64,000 bases of DNA from an uncultured Verrucomicrobiae bacterium (GTDB lineage: Bacteria; Verrucomicrobiota; Verrucomicrobiia; Limisphaerales; Palsa-1400). The stretch lies in NCBI GenBank assembly GCA_963764165.1, contig CAVXRD010000001.1:864001-928000 (forward strand), in the 5' to 3' direction. Every line of letters starts with the position of its first letter. Within the stretch, counting starts at the first letter, position 1. Under the pieces are notes generated by a model that was not told the origin of the DNA, searched no databases, and worked only from the letters and a program-made list of their open reading frames with translations. This document shows, one piece after another, positions 39,784-49,749 of the stretch. Made by a program: the position numbers and the translations under genes.

Positions 39784-41007
39784 TCAGACTTGGTTTTCCA
39801 GAAACGCCTTGTGAACCAGCTTCATCGCCTCCTTGCCCTTGGCGATGTCAACAACAACGGAAATCTTGATTTCGCTCGTTGAAATCATCTGGATGTTTAT
39901 CTCCGCATTGGCCAGGACGTCGAACATCCGGGCAGCCACGCCCGGATGACTCCGCATTCCAACGCCAACGATGCTGAGCTTGCCGATTTTTTCGTCGGCG
40001 ATAATTTCGCGCGCACCTATCTTGTGGCGCAGTTCCTCGATGATCTTGGTGGCTTTCAACAAGTCCGGCTTGTCCACGGTGAACGAAAGATCTGTCGACG
40101 GCGCATTTGGCGTCAGGCTGATATTTTGGACGATCATATCGACGTTGATATTGGCGTCGGCGATGGCCTTGAAAACGCGCGCCGACACGCCGGGACGGTC
40201 CGGCACCTGCACCAGCGTTAATTTGGCCTGGTTTTCATCAAGCGAGACGCCGCGAATCACGACGCCTTCCATGCTGCGAGTTTCTTCTTTCACAATGGTT
40301 CCTGGGTTGTCATTGAGGCTGGAGCGGACTTCAAAGGGCACGCCGAATTTTTTGGCGAACTCCACCGAGCGCGATTGCATCACCTTTGCGCCAAGCCCGG
40401 CCAGCTCCAGCATTTCGTCGTAAGAAATTTCGCTCAACTTGGTGGCGTTGGGCACGATGCGCGGATCGGCGGTGTAAACGCCGTCAACATCGGTATAAAT
40501 CTGGCAAAGCTCCGCCTTCAGCGCCGCCGCGAGCGCGATGGCCGTCAAATCCGAACCGCCCCGCCCCAGCGTCGTAATCTGTCCGTCCATCGTCTGGCCT
40601 TGAAATCCGGCGACAATCACGACGCTGCCCTGGTTCAAAAGCGAATGAATGTGGCGCGGCGTGATGTTTTTGATTTTTGCCTTGGTATGAACGCCATCGG
40701 TCATGATGCCGGCCTGCGCGCCAGTCAAAGAAACGGCGGCCACTCCCAGCGCCTGCAAGGCAATGGCAGTCAGCGCGATGGTCGTCTGCTCGCCGGTGGC
40801 CAGGAGCATGTCCATTTCGCGTTCATTAGGCAGCGGCATTAATTGTTTGGCCATCTTGATCAGGCTGTCGGTCACGCCGCTCATCGCTGAGACCACGACC
40901 ACTACCTGGCTGCCCTTGGAATGATAACGAGCCACCCGCTCCGCGACATTTTTGATGCGCTCCGGGTTGGCGACTGAAGTCCCGCCGAATTTCTGTACAA
41001 TCAGCAT
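39784..41007 (-). CDS. lysC: Aspartate kinase
   Basis: LIVQKFGGTSV, VSAMSG, TTLGRGGSD, TDVDGVYTADPR, two ACT domains, STSEIKIS. Confidence 0.97.
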   Translation of the reverse strand: MLIVQKFGGTSVANPERIKNVAERVARYHSKGSQVVVVVSAMSGVTDSLIKMAKQLMPLPNEREMDMLLATGEQTTIALTAIALQALGVAAVSLTGAQAGIMTDGVHTKAKIKNITPRHIHSLLNQGSVVIVAGFQGQTMDGQITTLGRGGSDLTAIALAAALKAELCQIYTDVDGVYTADPRIVPNATKLSEISYDEMLELAGLGAKVMQSRSVEFAKKFGVPFEVRSSLNDNPGTIVKEETRSMEGVVIRGVSLDENQAKLTLVQVPDRPGVSARVFKAIADANINVDMIVQNISLTPNAPSTDLSFTVDKPDLLKATKIIEELRHKIGAREIIADEKIGKLSIVGVGMRSHPGVAARMFDVLANAEINIQMISTSEIKISVVVDIAKGKEAMKLVHKAFLENQV

Positions 41008-41312
41008 TTTAACCCGCCGGCCTTTGGTCGGCGGTCGGACAGAGTAAAGTGGATCGCCGGTGAAAGCAATTCGCGTGATTGGGTATTGAAAGGAGAGGCA
41101 ACTTGCTGATGCGTCATGCTTGATGGAATCCGGTTCTGGGATCGTGTGGAATGGCTGCTCGAAAAGACGTTCGGCCCGCGCCGCCGCGAAGACATATCGA
41201 TCCACGGCCATAGCCCGCCGTGGCTGGCGCAATTCGACCGGAAATTAGGAGGGGCCACGGCGAGTTGAAAAAATTTTCGGAAATCGGCGGCTGGTGGGAA
41301 TAGTATTGCAGA

Positions 41313-42914
41313 ATGTCTGAGAGTTACACCGATTCCCAATTGCTGAAGCGTTACGTTTGCGATGGCGCGGACGACGCTTTTGCGATCGTGGTGCAGCGCC
41401 ACATGCCAATGGTTTACGGGGTGGCGCTCAGGCGCACGGCGGATTCGGCGCTGGCGGGCGAGGTGGCGCAGCAGGTCTTTATCCTGCTGGCCAAACGCGC
41501 TGTCTGGCTGGCGAGCCATCCTTCCCTCGGCGGATGGCTGCATCGAACCGCCGTCCATCTTGCCCAGCACGAGCAGCGCGGCGAAATCCGCCGCCGGCAA
41601 CGCGAGGGAACCGCAATTCAAATTGGCGCCTGCATGAAATCCGACGAATCCATCCTCTCCACCATCATGCCTGTTCTGGACGAAGTGCTGCTGGAATTGC
41701 GCGACGCTGACCGCGAAGTGCTGGTGCTTCGCTATTTCGGTGACAAATCGCTGCGCGAAGTGGGCGCGGCGCTTGGCATCACCGAAGACACCGCGCAAAA
41801 ACGCGTGGCCAGGGCGCTCGATGCCCTTACGGAAAGATTCCGCCGCCGCGGATTTGCGCTCGCGGGCGCGGCGGTAGTGGCGCTGGCATTGCAGCCATCC
41901 CCAGCCCACGCCGTTCCCGCAGGCTTGGCCGCGGGAACGGCGAAGGCAGCGCTGGCGGTGGGAGGGGCCCATACTTTTGGGCATTTCACAATTCCAATCA
42001 TTAAGTATATGAGCCTTACCAAACTCCAAACGGCCGCCCTTTGCTTGACGCTTGCCGGCCTGCCGCTGGGTTATCAATTGCATTCGCTAGTGCGTGCCCG
42101 CAAGGAATCCAGCCAGCTCAATTCCAAACTCTCTGCGCTGCGCCTTGAAATTCTCAAGAACGAGCACGCCAGCGCACGAACGGCTGGCAAGATCGCCAGC
42201 CTGGAAGCGCAGGCCTTGCGGAACTCGACAGTCAATAAAACATCCAAGGCACCCGCTCCCAAACTGGACATTTACGCCTGGGATGAAAATTCGCCTTACG
42301 TCCGCCTGCCAAAATCCGTGATGGCGAAGATTCGTTTCGCGCCCTTCGCCGAACGCATCGGGCAGGATGGCAAAACGAATCGCTACCAATTGCCGCCGCT
42401 GGAAGGTGACGGATCGCCCCGGCCCGCCCTCGAAGCGGCGCTCGGCCTTTCCGATGACGAGGCAAAACAATTGCGCGAATTGTGCCAAAACGAATTCAAG
42501 CAATTTCAACAGTTGGCCGCCTCGCACAGCCAAATTACGGAAGGGACTTTTGCCAATGGCAGCAAGCCGACGGTGACCATGGACACTGCCGCCTTCGCCG
42601 ACGAAGGCGCGCAGGTCCGGGATCAGTATCAGGCGCAAGTGGCCGCGCTGATCGGCCAGGATCGGGCTGAGGCGTTCTGGGAGCAGGCGACGCCCATGTT
42701 CCAGGATTTGTTCAACGATTTCGGCGCGAATGGGAGGAAATTGATGCTCATTGATAATCCCGCCGGACTGGAATTGATGAACAGCGACAGCAGGGGATCC
42801 ACCATCGGCTCGCTGAGCCAGCTTAACGGAATGCCGCTGCCGCCCCAACTGCAAGCCTATGCCGACACTTGGGCGGCCCAGCAAAATAATCCCTCGCCTG
42901 CGAAACAACCCTAA
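41313..42914 (+). CDS. ECF sigma factor with membrane segments and extracytoplasmic C-terminal extension
   Basis: DSQLL..Y...AF..VVQRH; SLGGWLHR; DREVLVLRYF..KSLREVGAALGITEDTAQKRVARAL; TM then coiled coil. Confidence 0.9.
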   Translation: MSESYTDSQLLKRYVCDGADDAFAIVVQRHMPMVYGVALRRTADSALAGEVAQQVFILLAKRAVWLASHPSLGGWLHRTAVHLAQHEQRGEIRRRQREGTAIQIGACMKSDESILSTIMPVLDEVLLELRDADREVLVLRYFGDKSLREVGAALGITEDTAQKRVARALDALTERFRRRGFALAGAAVVALALQPSPAHAVPAGLAAGTAKAALAVGGAHTFGHFTIPIIKYMSLTKLQTAALCLTLAGLPLGYQLHSLVRARKESSQLNSKLSALRLEILKNEHASARTAGKIASLEAQALRNSTVNKTSKAPAPKLDIYAWDENSPYVRLPKSVMAKIRFAPFAERIGQDGKTNRYQLPPLEGDGSPRPALEAALGLSDDEAKQLRELCQNEFKQFQQLAASHSQITEGTFANGSKPTVTMDTAAFADEGAQVRDQYQAQVAALIGQDRAEAFWEQATPMFQDLFNDFGANGRKLMLIDNPAGLELMNSDSRGSTIGSLSQLNGMPLPPQLQAYADTWAAQQNNPSPAKQP

Positions 42915-42925
42915 CCACGGCCGTT

Positions 42926-43837
42926 ATGAAAAAACTAGTCATTGCCGTCGCCATCGCCGTCATTGGCGTCCTGGTGTGGAAGCATCAGGCAACCGGTCTG
43001 CGTTCCGTGGACGTGCAGAACAGTCGTTTGGCTGCCGCGGTTGCGGAACTGGAAGCCCGCGCCGCGGCTGCGAAATCAAAATCCGATGCCGCAGAGCAAC
43101 GCCTTGCCGCGATCCGGTCTGAATCCCTCCGCACGCCCATTGCGAAAACTGGCGGCGATCCCCGCGAAATCGCGGATACTCACGCGCCCCCCGATCCCGA
43201 TCCGTCGCGCAACGGCGGCTGGCCTGCTGGCGCAAGCTTCATGTATCTGCCGAAGCAATACTTGACGAACGCCTCATTTCGATTGTTTGAGGGCGGCAGG
43301 CTGACAGATGAAGCGGCGGCGCTTTACGGCATGTCCCCCGGGGAACGTGACGCGACGGAAAAAGCGTTCGACTATCTGGTGGAAGAATTTCACAAGATCG
43401 AAATCTCGAAAATGGCAGCGGTTGACCCGCCCGCCGGATGGGGGCCGCTGGCCAATTCCGACACACCCTCAGCCATGCATTTTGATTCGGCGCTGACGTA
43501 TCAAATCCCGGATTTGACCCAGGACATCAACGCCGCGCGCGCCGGATTTGCGGATCAATTGCAACAGGCGCTCGGACAGTCGCGGGCGCAAATGCTTTCG
43601 TCGGCCGCGAGTTCATACCTCGCCGACAATCTCAACGATCTTGGCTCGGGAGATCGCATTGTCGGCTTCATGTGGGAGCCGGAATCGGATGGGACGCATT
43701 CGCTGTGGTACGCGCAGGCGGGCGGCGGCGCCGGGCAGGGATCGTTTCAATTGGTGCAACCCGACCTGGACCCGAATTCGCAAATCGCCTACTACGCCCG
43801 GCTTTTCGGCGTGCCGCTGCCGCAAAAATCCCAATAG
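42926..43837 (+). CDS. Membrane-anchored hypothetical protein, paralogous to the C-terminal domain of the upstream sigma factor
   Basis: N-terminal TM, coiled coil, shared W....(Y/F)..LPK, (L/Y)G(L/M)S..E, GQ.RA and ND(F/L)G...R motifs. Confidence 0.75.
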   Translation: MKKLVIAVAIAVIGVLVWKHQATGLRSVDVQNSRLAAAVAELEARAAAAKSKSDAAEQRLAAIRSESLRTPIAKTGGDPREIADTHAPPDPDPSRNGGWPAGASFMYLPKQYLTNASFRLFEGGRLTDEAAALYGMSPGERDATEKAFDYLVEEFHKIEISKMAAVDPPAGWGPLANSDTPSAMHFDSALTYQIPDLTQDINAARAGFADQLQQALGQSRAQMLSSAASSYLADNLNDLGSGDRIVGFMWEPESDGTHSLWYAQAGGGAGQGSFQLVQPDLDPNSQIAYYARLFGVPLPQKSQ

Positions 43838-43848
43838 TTGACGCGCTG

Positions 43849-44553
43849 TTACGGAACCACCTGCTTGATTCGCAGGAAAACATTCGGGCCGCAAATCTGG
43901 TCCAGCCGCTCGAAGCTGGTCGTGTTCGTCCCGGAAAAGGTGTTGCTGCTCGTCGTGCCAAACGTGTTCGTGTAACCCGGCACGGTCGCCCAAACTCCAG
44001 AAGCGAGATTCGAGCTGTATTGCGGGAGAAGCTGCATCGTGTTTGTCCCGCCGAAAAACGTCAGCACGATATTGCTGGACACAGTTGTTTTCAACACGCG
44101 GGTGGGCGCCGGCGCTTGCGGCGGTGTGACGTTAATCACCCCGTAAAACGTGTGGAAATTGCAGATATAATAGAGTCTTGCGGGATAATTAGCGGCCGGA
44201 ATCGCCACCGTGATGGTTCCGCTGCTCACTGCCTGGGCGCTGGCCCCGGAATAGTGCGCGCTCGTCGTCGGATTTGTGCAGATATCCACCGGATGAATGG
44301 AAGCGGAGTTGATGGTGAATTGGTAAGTTGCGCCTGCCGAGACGGTGAAGTTGTAGCTGTCGTCGACATTGGCGTCTTGTGCGGCCTGTCCCGAGCTTTG
44401 ACCGTTGACGACAAATTCATATTCACTGCCTGGGGTGGTGACGGTGAAATTTGGCGGCGAGACGGTCACCTGCTGCTGCGCCTGCGATGCTTGCCAAAGG
44501 GCCGTCATGGCCGAAATTACGATAAATGTGGTCAGCCTGTTGATATGTTTCAT
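43849..44553 (-). CDS. Secreted cupredoxin-like protein
   Basis: Signal peptide; GATYQFTIN...HPVDI; LYYICNFH..YGVINV. Confidence 0.6.
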   Translation of the reverse strand: MKHINRLTTFIVISAMTALWQASQAQQQVTVSPPNFTVTTPGSEYEFVVNGQSSGQAAQDANVDDSYNFTVSAGATYQFTINSASIHPVDICTNPTTSAHYSGASAQAVSSGTITVAIPAANYPARLYYICNFHTFYGVINVTPPQAPAPTRVLKTTVSSNIVLTFFGGTNTMQLLPQYSSNLASGVWATVPGYTNTFGTTSSNTFSGTNTTSFERLDQICGPNVFLRIKQVVP

Positions 44554-44839
44554 TTGTGGTCTTTTCAGGTATGAGCAAAAGATCGAGAATTTGTTCCCAA
44601 AAAACGTGCGATTGCTCGAAAACTTGGAATTAGTGTGACAAGGGAGGTCGAGCCGAAGCGACAATGGGAAGGAAAGACGGGCTTGCACCTGGCATACGAC
44701 GGGAAAGCGTTGGTACCCGGCGCTCCAACACAGGCGCAAACCCATACGTTTGATGAACGGGCTTCCAATTTGTTCCAAACTTTTATAAAGATTTTCAGGA
44801 ACATTTTGCTGTTTTGTGACTCATAATTAATAAACACGT

Positions 44840-45361
44840 ATGCCAGGCCCGGAATTTGAATCGGTGGTGGCGGGTCATTATGAGCCGCTCTACCGCTTCG
44901 CCATGAGTTTGACTCATTCAGAGCCCGATGCATGCGATTTGACTCAGCAGACGTTTTATATGTGGGCCACCAAAGGGCACCAGCTCAGGGACCAGTCCAA
45001 GGTGAAATCGTGGCTCTTCACGACGCTCTACCGCGCCTTCCTGGAAACGCGCCGCTCTCACGCCCGTTTTCCCCACTCGGAATTGTCGGCGGTCGATGGC
45101 GAATTGCCCGTGATCCATCCCCAGGCCGCGCGCCAATTGGATGCAGCCCACGCGGTCGAAGCGCTCGGGCGGGTGGATGAAGTCTATCGCGCGCCGGTCG
45201 CTTTATTTTACATGGAAGATTGTTCGTATCAGGAAATCGCCAATATTTTGGATGTTCCCATCGGCACCGTCAAATCGCGTCTGGCACGGGGCCTGGCGCA
45301 ATTGAAGAACCTCGTCACCGGCAGCGGCACAGCGCAAAGCCAAGCGGGAGGAGAAATGTGA
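44840..45361 (+). CDS. ECF RNA polymerase sigma factor
   Basis: DACDLTQQTF, KSWLFTTL, SYQEIANILDVPIGTVKSRLARG. Confidence 0.93.
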   Translation: MPGPEFESVVAGHYEPLYRFAMSLTHSEPDACDLTQQTFYMWATKGHQLRDQSKVKSWLFTTLYRAFLETRRSHARFPHSELSAVDGELPVIHPQAARQLDAAHAVEALGRVDEVYRAPVALFYMEDCSYQEIANILDVPIGTVKSRLARGLAQLKNLVTGSGTAQSQAGGEM

Positions 45362-46110
45362 CGATCGCCGAAGCCAAAGAAATTCTCGTCTTGTTCCGGC
45401 CCGGTTCGGCGGATGAGACGGATCCGGATTTTCGCCAGGCGCTGCAACTGGCCAAGAGCGATCCCGAATTGCGCGCTTGGTTTGAGGACCATTGCGAATC
45501 GTACCGGATCATGCGCGGGAAAATGCGCAGCATCCCGGTTCCGGCGGGATTGAAGGAGCAAATCATTTCCGAGCGCAAGGTGCAGCGTTTGTCGATGCTC
45601 AAGCACTGGCGTCCGATCCTTGCCGCCGCCGCTGCTTTGGCATTACTGATTTCGGTGAAAATGGGAGCCTGGCATCGCGGGCCGGAACCGTTCGCCGCTT
45701 ATTGCGCGCAAATGACGGAAAGCGCGCTGCAAAGATACGGGATGGATAAGCTTTCGACGAATGCGCTGGAAATCGGAAGTTTTCTGGCGGAGAGCGAGGC
45801 GCCGACAAATTACACGCTGCCAAATGGCCTGAAGACCACCCAGTTAGTGGGCTGCGCCGTAAAGAGCTGGCAAGACAAGCGCGTTTCCATGCTCTGCTTC
45901 AAAACCGGCCGTCCCCTTCCGCCGGGCGACCAGAGTGACTTGTGGTTGTTTGTCGCGGACCGCGATAAATTGAAAGGCAGCCCGCCGCCGGGAGGTCCAG
46001 TCTTCGGCCGCGTCGATCAGGCCACCATCGCGACGTGGTCCGATGACAAGAAGGTCTATTTGCTGGCGGCGGTAAGCGACGAGGCGCTCCTCGGAAAATT
46101 CGTTCAGTGA
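45358..46110 (+). CDS. Anti-sigma factor (DUF3379-like)
   Basis: GTGA overlap with the sigma stop; DPELRAWF, IPVPAGLKEQI, TM, GC...W....VSMLCF. Confidence 0.75.
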   Translation: MTIAEAKEILVLFRPGSADETDPDFRQALQLAKSDPELRAWFEDHCESYRIMRGKMRSIPVPAGLKEQIISERKVQRLSMLKHWRPILAAAAALALLISVKMGAWHRGPEPFAAYCAQMTESALQRYGMDKLSTNALEIGSFLAESEAPTNYTLPNGLKTTQLVGCAVKSWQDKRVSMLCFKTGRPLPPGDQSDLWLFVADRDKLKGSPPPGGPVFGRVDQATIATWSDDKKVYLLAAVSDEALLGKFVQ

Positions 46111-46288
46111 GCAGCGATGCCGTCAAAGAAGCAAGTCGTTAAATCCAAACCAGCTTCTCAGAGGCGGAGAAAACGCGGGCTATCATTGCATAACGGGATG
46201 AACGTGCTCGAACTTCTCGGGCGGACTTCTTTGCGCTTGATTCTTCGATTCGGAAGGCTGACAATTGCAGCGAAAAAAGCGATGGATC

Positions 46289-46768
46289 ATGGGATTTTTC
46301 AGTCGCAAACCCAAAATACAGGACGAAGCGTTTAAGGACTTGGCGCATATGTTCTTTAATCTTCCCGATGATCCAACTCCTGGCTCTGAAAATCTGGACC
46401 GGAACGCCTTTGATTTTTCCGTTGAAAGCCTCGCTGTCGTCGATGACTACTTGGAAATGGTGCGCGATCGTGATTTTGACAACCGAGCCCTGACCAAAGT
46501 GATTCTTCGATCTGGTGCTTACGTTGGAGAAGTTATTCGAGGGCACATCAATACAGATCATTGGCTCGATTATAAGGAGGCATCGCGCCTGAGCTCTCAA
46601 ATCACGATGTTCGGCGAAGGCATAGGCACTGCCGGCATCTTATGGGACGGAAAGAGCGGGTTTACGTTCCCTCTTGCCAAAGTCATGAAGTTCCTCGAGA
46701 ACAGCCGCGAGGACAGTGTGAAATTCCTCGCTCAGGCCATTATCATCAGGGCAAAGGAGAACCCTTAG
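46289..46768 (+). CDS. Hypothetical protein (DUF3806-like)
   Basis: DFSVESLAVVDDYL, GAYVGEVIR, FPLAKVMK...EDSV; visibly more AT-rich than its flanks. Confidence 0.6.
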   Translation: MGFFSRKPKIQDEAFKDLAHMFFNLPDDPTPGSENLDRNAFDFSVESLAVVDDYLEMVRDRDFDNRALTKVILRSGAYVGEVIRGHINTDHWLDYKEASRLSSQITMFGEGIGTAGILWDGKSGFTFPLAKVMKFLENSREDSVKFLAQAIIIRAKENP

Positions 46769-47001
46769 CGGCGCCGGGGTTTGGGGCGGCCATTTTCGGC
46801 CGCACGAATATCTTGCAATCCCACAATATGCAGCGGATCGAGAACAGCGGCATAGCCGTCCTTCTCCACAACTACTACTGTTCGCGGGTGGATGATGATG
46901 AACTCCGGATGGGGAACCACGAATTTATCTCCGCTTGAAGTCACAATCGCAAATGGCTTGAACCCTCCCGAAAGACGGCGGCGAATATGATCCACCTTCA
47001 T
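46765..47001 (-). CDS. Small conserved hypothetical protein
   Basis: FKPFAIVTSSG..F.VPHPE pattern; TTGACG-17-CATGCT promoter 6 nt before the ATG. Confidence 0.65.
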   Translation of the reverse strand: MKVDHIRRRLSGGFKPFAIVTSSGDKFVVPHPEFIIIHPRTVVVVEKDGYAAVLDPLHIVGLQDIRAAENGRPKPRRR

Positions 47002-47129
47002 ACGGCAAGCATGGTCGCCCGCCAATGATCCGTCAAGCTACGCGATGTCAGAATGCTACGGCGGATTGGGGGATGAGATTGGCCATCTGGGCACCCGGAC
47101 AATGCGCTCCCGAAACCGAATCTGGCACG

Positions 47130-47915
47130 TCATGCTAAATCGAAGCCGATAGTGGTATCATGAGTTCCCCTGAGAAAATGCATCGACTCGTCGAAATAGT
47201 ATTCAATGTTTTCGCGCAAGTGCTTTTGCCATGTGGCCACAGCCTCGCCGCGAAACCACGAATAGCAGGCGAGTCCGTAGCCGAATTGCGCTTCTGATAA
47301 ATAGCCGAGGCTGCTCGCGCTCCATCCCTGTCGGCGGCCATCTTGCCATTGGCTGAATTGAAACCTTGCGTTCGCAGTCAGAATCCCAGCTCCGAAATAA
47401 ACCGTGAGCAGATCAGTCAGGGGTTCGCTGTCCTTCGCGTCGCGTGTGATTCGTCCGTCAGCCAGCAGATGGACGTGCGCAAGCTCGTGGCAAATGGTTG
47501 CGGCCAAAGCGGCTGGGCGGTTCAATCCATTGGCATCCAACGCGATTATTAGCCGCCCGTCCTTGTCCGGGTGCACGTACAAACCAGCGGGGCCCGAACG
47601 CTGCGATGATCCATGAAACCAAGGCATCGCTTGGATCGGCTCCCGCTCCGAGTAATACTGCAGTTCAAGCCGAGACGGATCAACCAGCATGAAGCCGCAT
47701 AGTCGCTGAAACAAATCGTTCCCGTCCGCGTATGAACGATCCCACTTCTTTGGCAATAGTTCGGACGTGGGATCCAGCGGCGGGCGGCGAATTGGGTCGG
47801 GTCCGAACTGCTCTCGCAACCAAATTATTCGGCTCTCCATCCACGTTTTCTCTTCAGGAGTGAGATGGCAGGAAGGCTCCTTAAACTTCCGGGCGAGGTT
47901 GCGGAATAAGCCCAT
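47130..47915 (-). CDS. Hypothetical protein with zincin-like HExxH motif
   Basis: ATICHELAHVHLL; EPLTDLLTVYFGAG; LGYLSE. Confidence 0.75.
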   Translation of the reverse strand: MGLFRNLARKFKEPSCHLTPEEKTWMESRIIWLREQFGPDPIRRPPLDPTSELLPKKWDRSYADGNDLFQRLCGFMLVDPSRLELQYYSEREPIQAMPWFHGSSQRSGPAGLYVHPDKDGRLIIALDANGLNRPAALAATICHELAHVHLLADGRITRDAKDSEPLTDLLTVYFGAGILTANARFQFSQWQDGRRQGWSASSLGYLSEAQFGYGLACYSWFRGEAVATWQKHLRENIEYYFDESMHFLRGTHDTTIGFDLA

Positions 47916-47939
47916 AAAGAGGCGAAATGGACCCTTTCA

Positions 47940-48545
47940 TCACAATTGCAATTTCGGAACATCCGGCACGTTGACAAGCCGCGACATGATCATTTCAAAA
48001 ATGCCGACGGCGGCAAAGATGATCGAGCAGATCCAAAGCGGCTTCTTTTTGGTCAGCAGGCACAGGGACGCCATGGCGATGGCTACGGAAAAAAACGAGC
48101 TGGCCAGCGCAAGGCTGCCGCCGATCTGGCTGGCGGCTTTCTGGCGGGCCTCGTATCTGTGGGCAGCTTCCCGGATATCATTCTTGCGGTCGTTGTAATC
48201 CTTGATTTTGGCATCATAGGTCTTCTGCATATCAGCGGTGTCATTGGCGGATGAACTCCTCACCAATTGCGCGCGGTTCAATTCAAACAGATGCTGCTTG
48301 ATCGATTGCGCCTGGTAAAAATTCCAAAAATCCGAAGCCTGCAATTGCGACATCTGGTTCAAGCTCGAGGATTTTCCGGCCCATTGCGTGCCGATGGAGG
48401 CGATGACGGCGAAGAGCACGACCGTAAAGGAAACGTATTTGGTCCACGCCTCCTTGCGCTCCTTTTCTTTTGCCGCCGCGCGGTCGGCCTTCAAATCCGC
48501 GATGAATTCCTTCAGTTCCGCCAATTCACTTTTCAGATCATCCAT
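47940..48545 (-). CDS. DUF4337-like membrane protein
   Basis: WTKYV TM, ASDFWNFYQAQSIKQHL, two C-terminal TMs with LTKKK. Confidence 0.8.
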   Translation of the reverse strand: MDDLKSELAELKEFIADLKADRAAAKEKERKEAWTKYVSFTVVLFAVIASIGTQWAGKSSSLNQMSQLQASDFWNFYQAQSIKQHLFELNRAQLVRSSSANDTADMQKTYDAKIKDYNDRKNDIREAAHRYEARQKAASQIGGSLALASSFFSVAIAMASLCLLTKKKPLWICSIIFAAVGIFEMIMSRLVNVPDVPKLQL

Positions 48546-48797
48546 ATAATATTCGTCAATTCTTACGAGACTGGTTCACGTAATGCAATCATTGCCGATT
48601 CACATTAAGTGGAGCGGCTGTGTTCGACGGAGCGAATCGATGGAGAATCAGCCGCAGCGCGCTGCGATCAATCAGCGCCTTTCGTTCAACGTGCTATAAC
48701 TGGTCTGCGACCCGGTCGCGCTCCTCCTAAGGCCTGCGTCCATCACCGCTTTTTATCACACCCGCGTGCACGCCAGTTGCACTGGCTGCTGCGCCGA

Positions 48798-48839
48798 AAC
48801 GATTCAGTTGATGAAGAAAAACTCGTTGGAGATTAGGAG
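48798..48839 (-). repeat. Short displaced copy of the DUF1553 gene 3' end (att-like)
   Basis: AACGATTCAGTTGATGAAGAAAAACTCGTTGGAGATTAGGAG matches 55033-55074 and 59628 onward. Confidence 0.85.
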
Positions 48840-49389
48840 GGAGGAGCGGCATCGTGCGCCTCAGTATAGGCGCCGTGGCGGTTGCGCGATGTGATCATTA
48901 TATAATCTCCAAAAAGGGGCAACACCCGCTACATTGTTGACTATAAGGCATTTAAGTAGCTACAAACTGGCAACAAACTGGCAACATGACCGTTACAACC
49001 AGCAACATTTTCGGAACATCGGGGAATTTCCACACCAAGGAAACAAAGGACACGAAGAATTTTGTCTCGCACGCCATTGATTTTGGGAGCGCGACCATCC
49101 GGGGTATTGGGCGATGTCCGGGGTCATGGGGCAATGAGGTTTTTGCCGCAAAAACCAAGGGTGCAATAGGGTGCAATAGCGTGCAACGCCCCAATCACGG
49201 TTTGGGTGTGATTTTAAGCGGGGAGGATATTTGGGCGGACACGCAGGTCCGCCCTGCCAAATTGAGGTAGGGCGGCGCTGCGTCGCCGCCGAAATATTAT
49301 TGAGGGCCTCCACCACATTCAATCATGCCCTCGCGGTTTATTAAGTCGCCCTGCCTAACACCACAGGGCAGACGCATCTTAATTCTGTG

Positions 49390-49633
49390 GTAGGGACGCC
49401 TCGCCGAGATTGTCTCAAAACTACAAAATCCTCAAAGTGTGTCAATACTACGACTCTTTCATTTGCGATATGGCGCATTTTTATTTTCGGCGAGGGTGTT
49501 TTTGTGGTGCTTTTTAAAGCCGTTTTTGAGTTTTGAGACAGTCTCCGCCGAGGCGTCCGGTTGCGCGTGAAATGCTTCTGGCGTTGTGCATGAATGATGC
49601 CTCACCCCGGACGCCTCGGCGAGGCGTCCCTAC
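49390..49633. repeat. Inverted REP pair (first copy split by a MITE)
   Basis: GTAGGGACGCCTCGCC/GAGGCGTCC (49390-49558) and GGACGCCTCGGCGAGGCGTCCCTAC (49609-49633). Confidence 0.8.
49406..49545. mobile_element. 140-bp MITE with 17-bp TIRs and a 4-bp TSD, inserted in the REP centre
   Basis: GAGATTGTCTCAAAACT ... AGTTTTGAGACAGTCTC, flanked by CGCC on both sides. Confidence 0.85.
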
Positions 49634-49749
49634 CAATCAACGAGCTTGGCCTCGTTGATTTTCAATAGATTACAAGAATTAAGATGCGTCTGCCTTGCCT
49701 GACACCACCCTGGGGCGCGAATCCGCAAAATGTCAAAGAACACGCCCAA

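Noticed and set aside
41008..41312. Lysine riboswitch upstream of lysC, or a 50-aa ORF at 41116-41268
   Set aside because: No recognisable L-box consensus; the small ORF has no properly spaced RBS or known motif, so neither is supportable.
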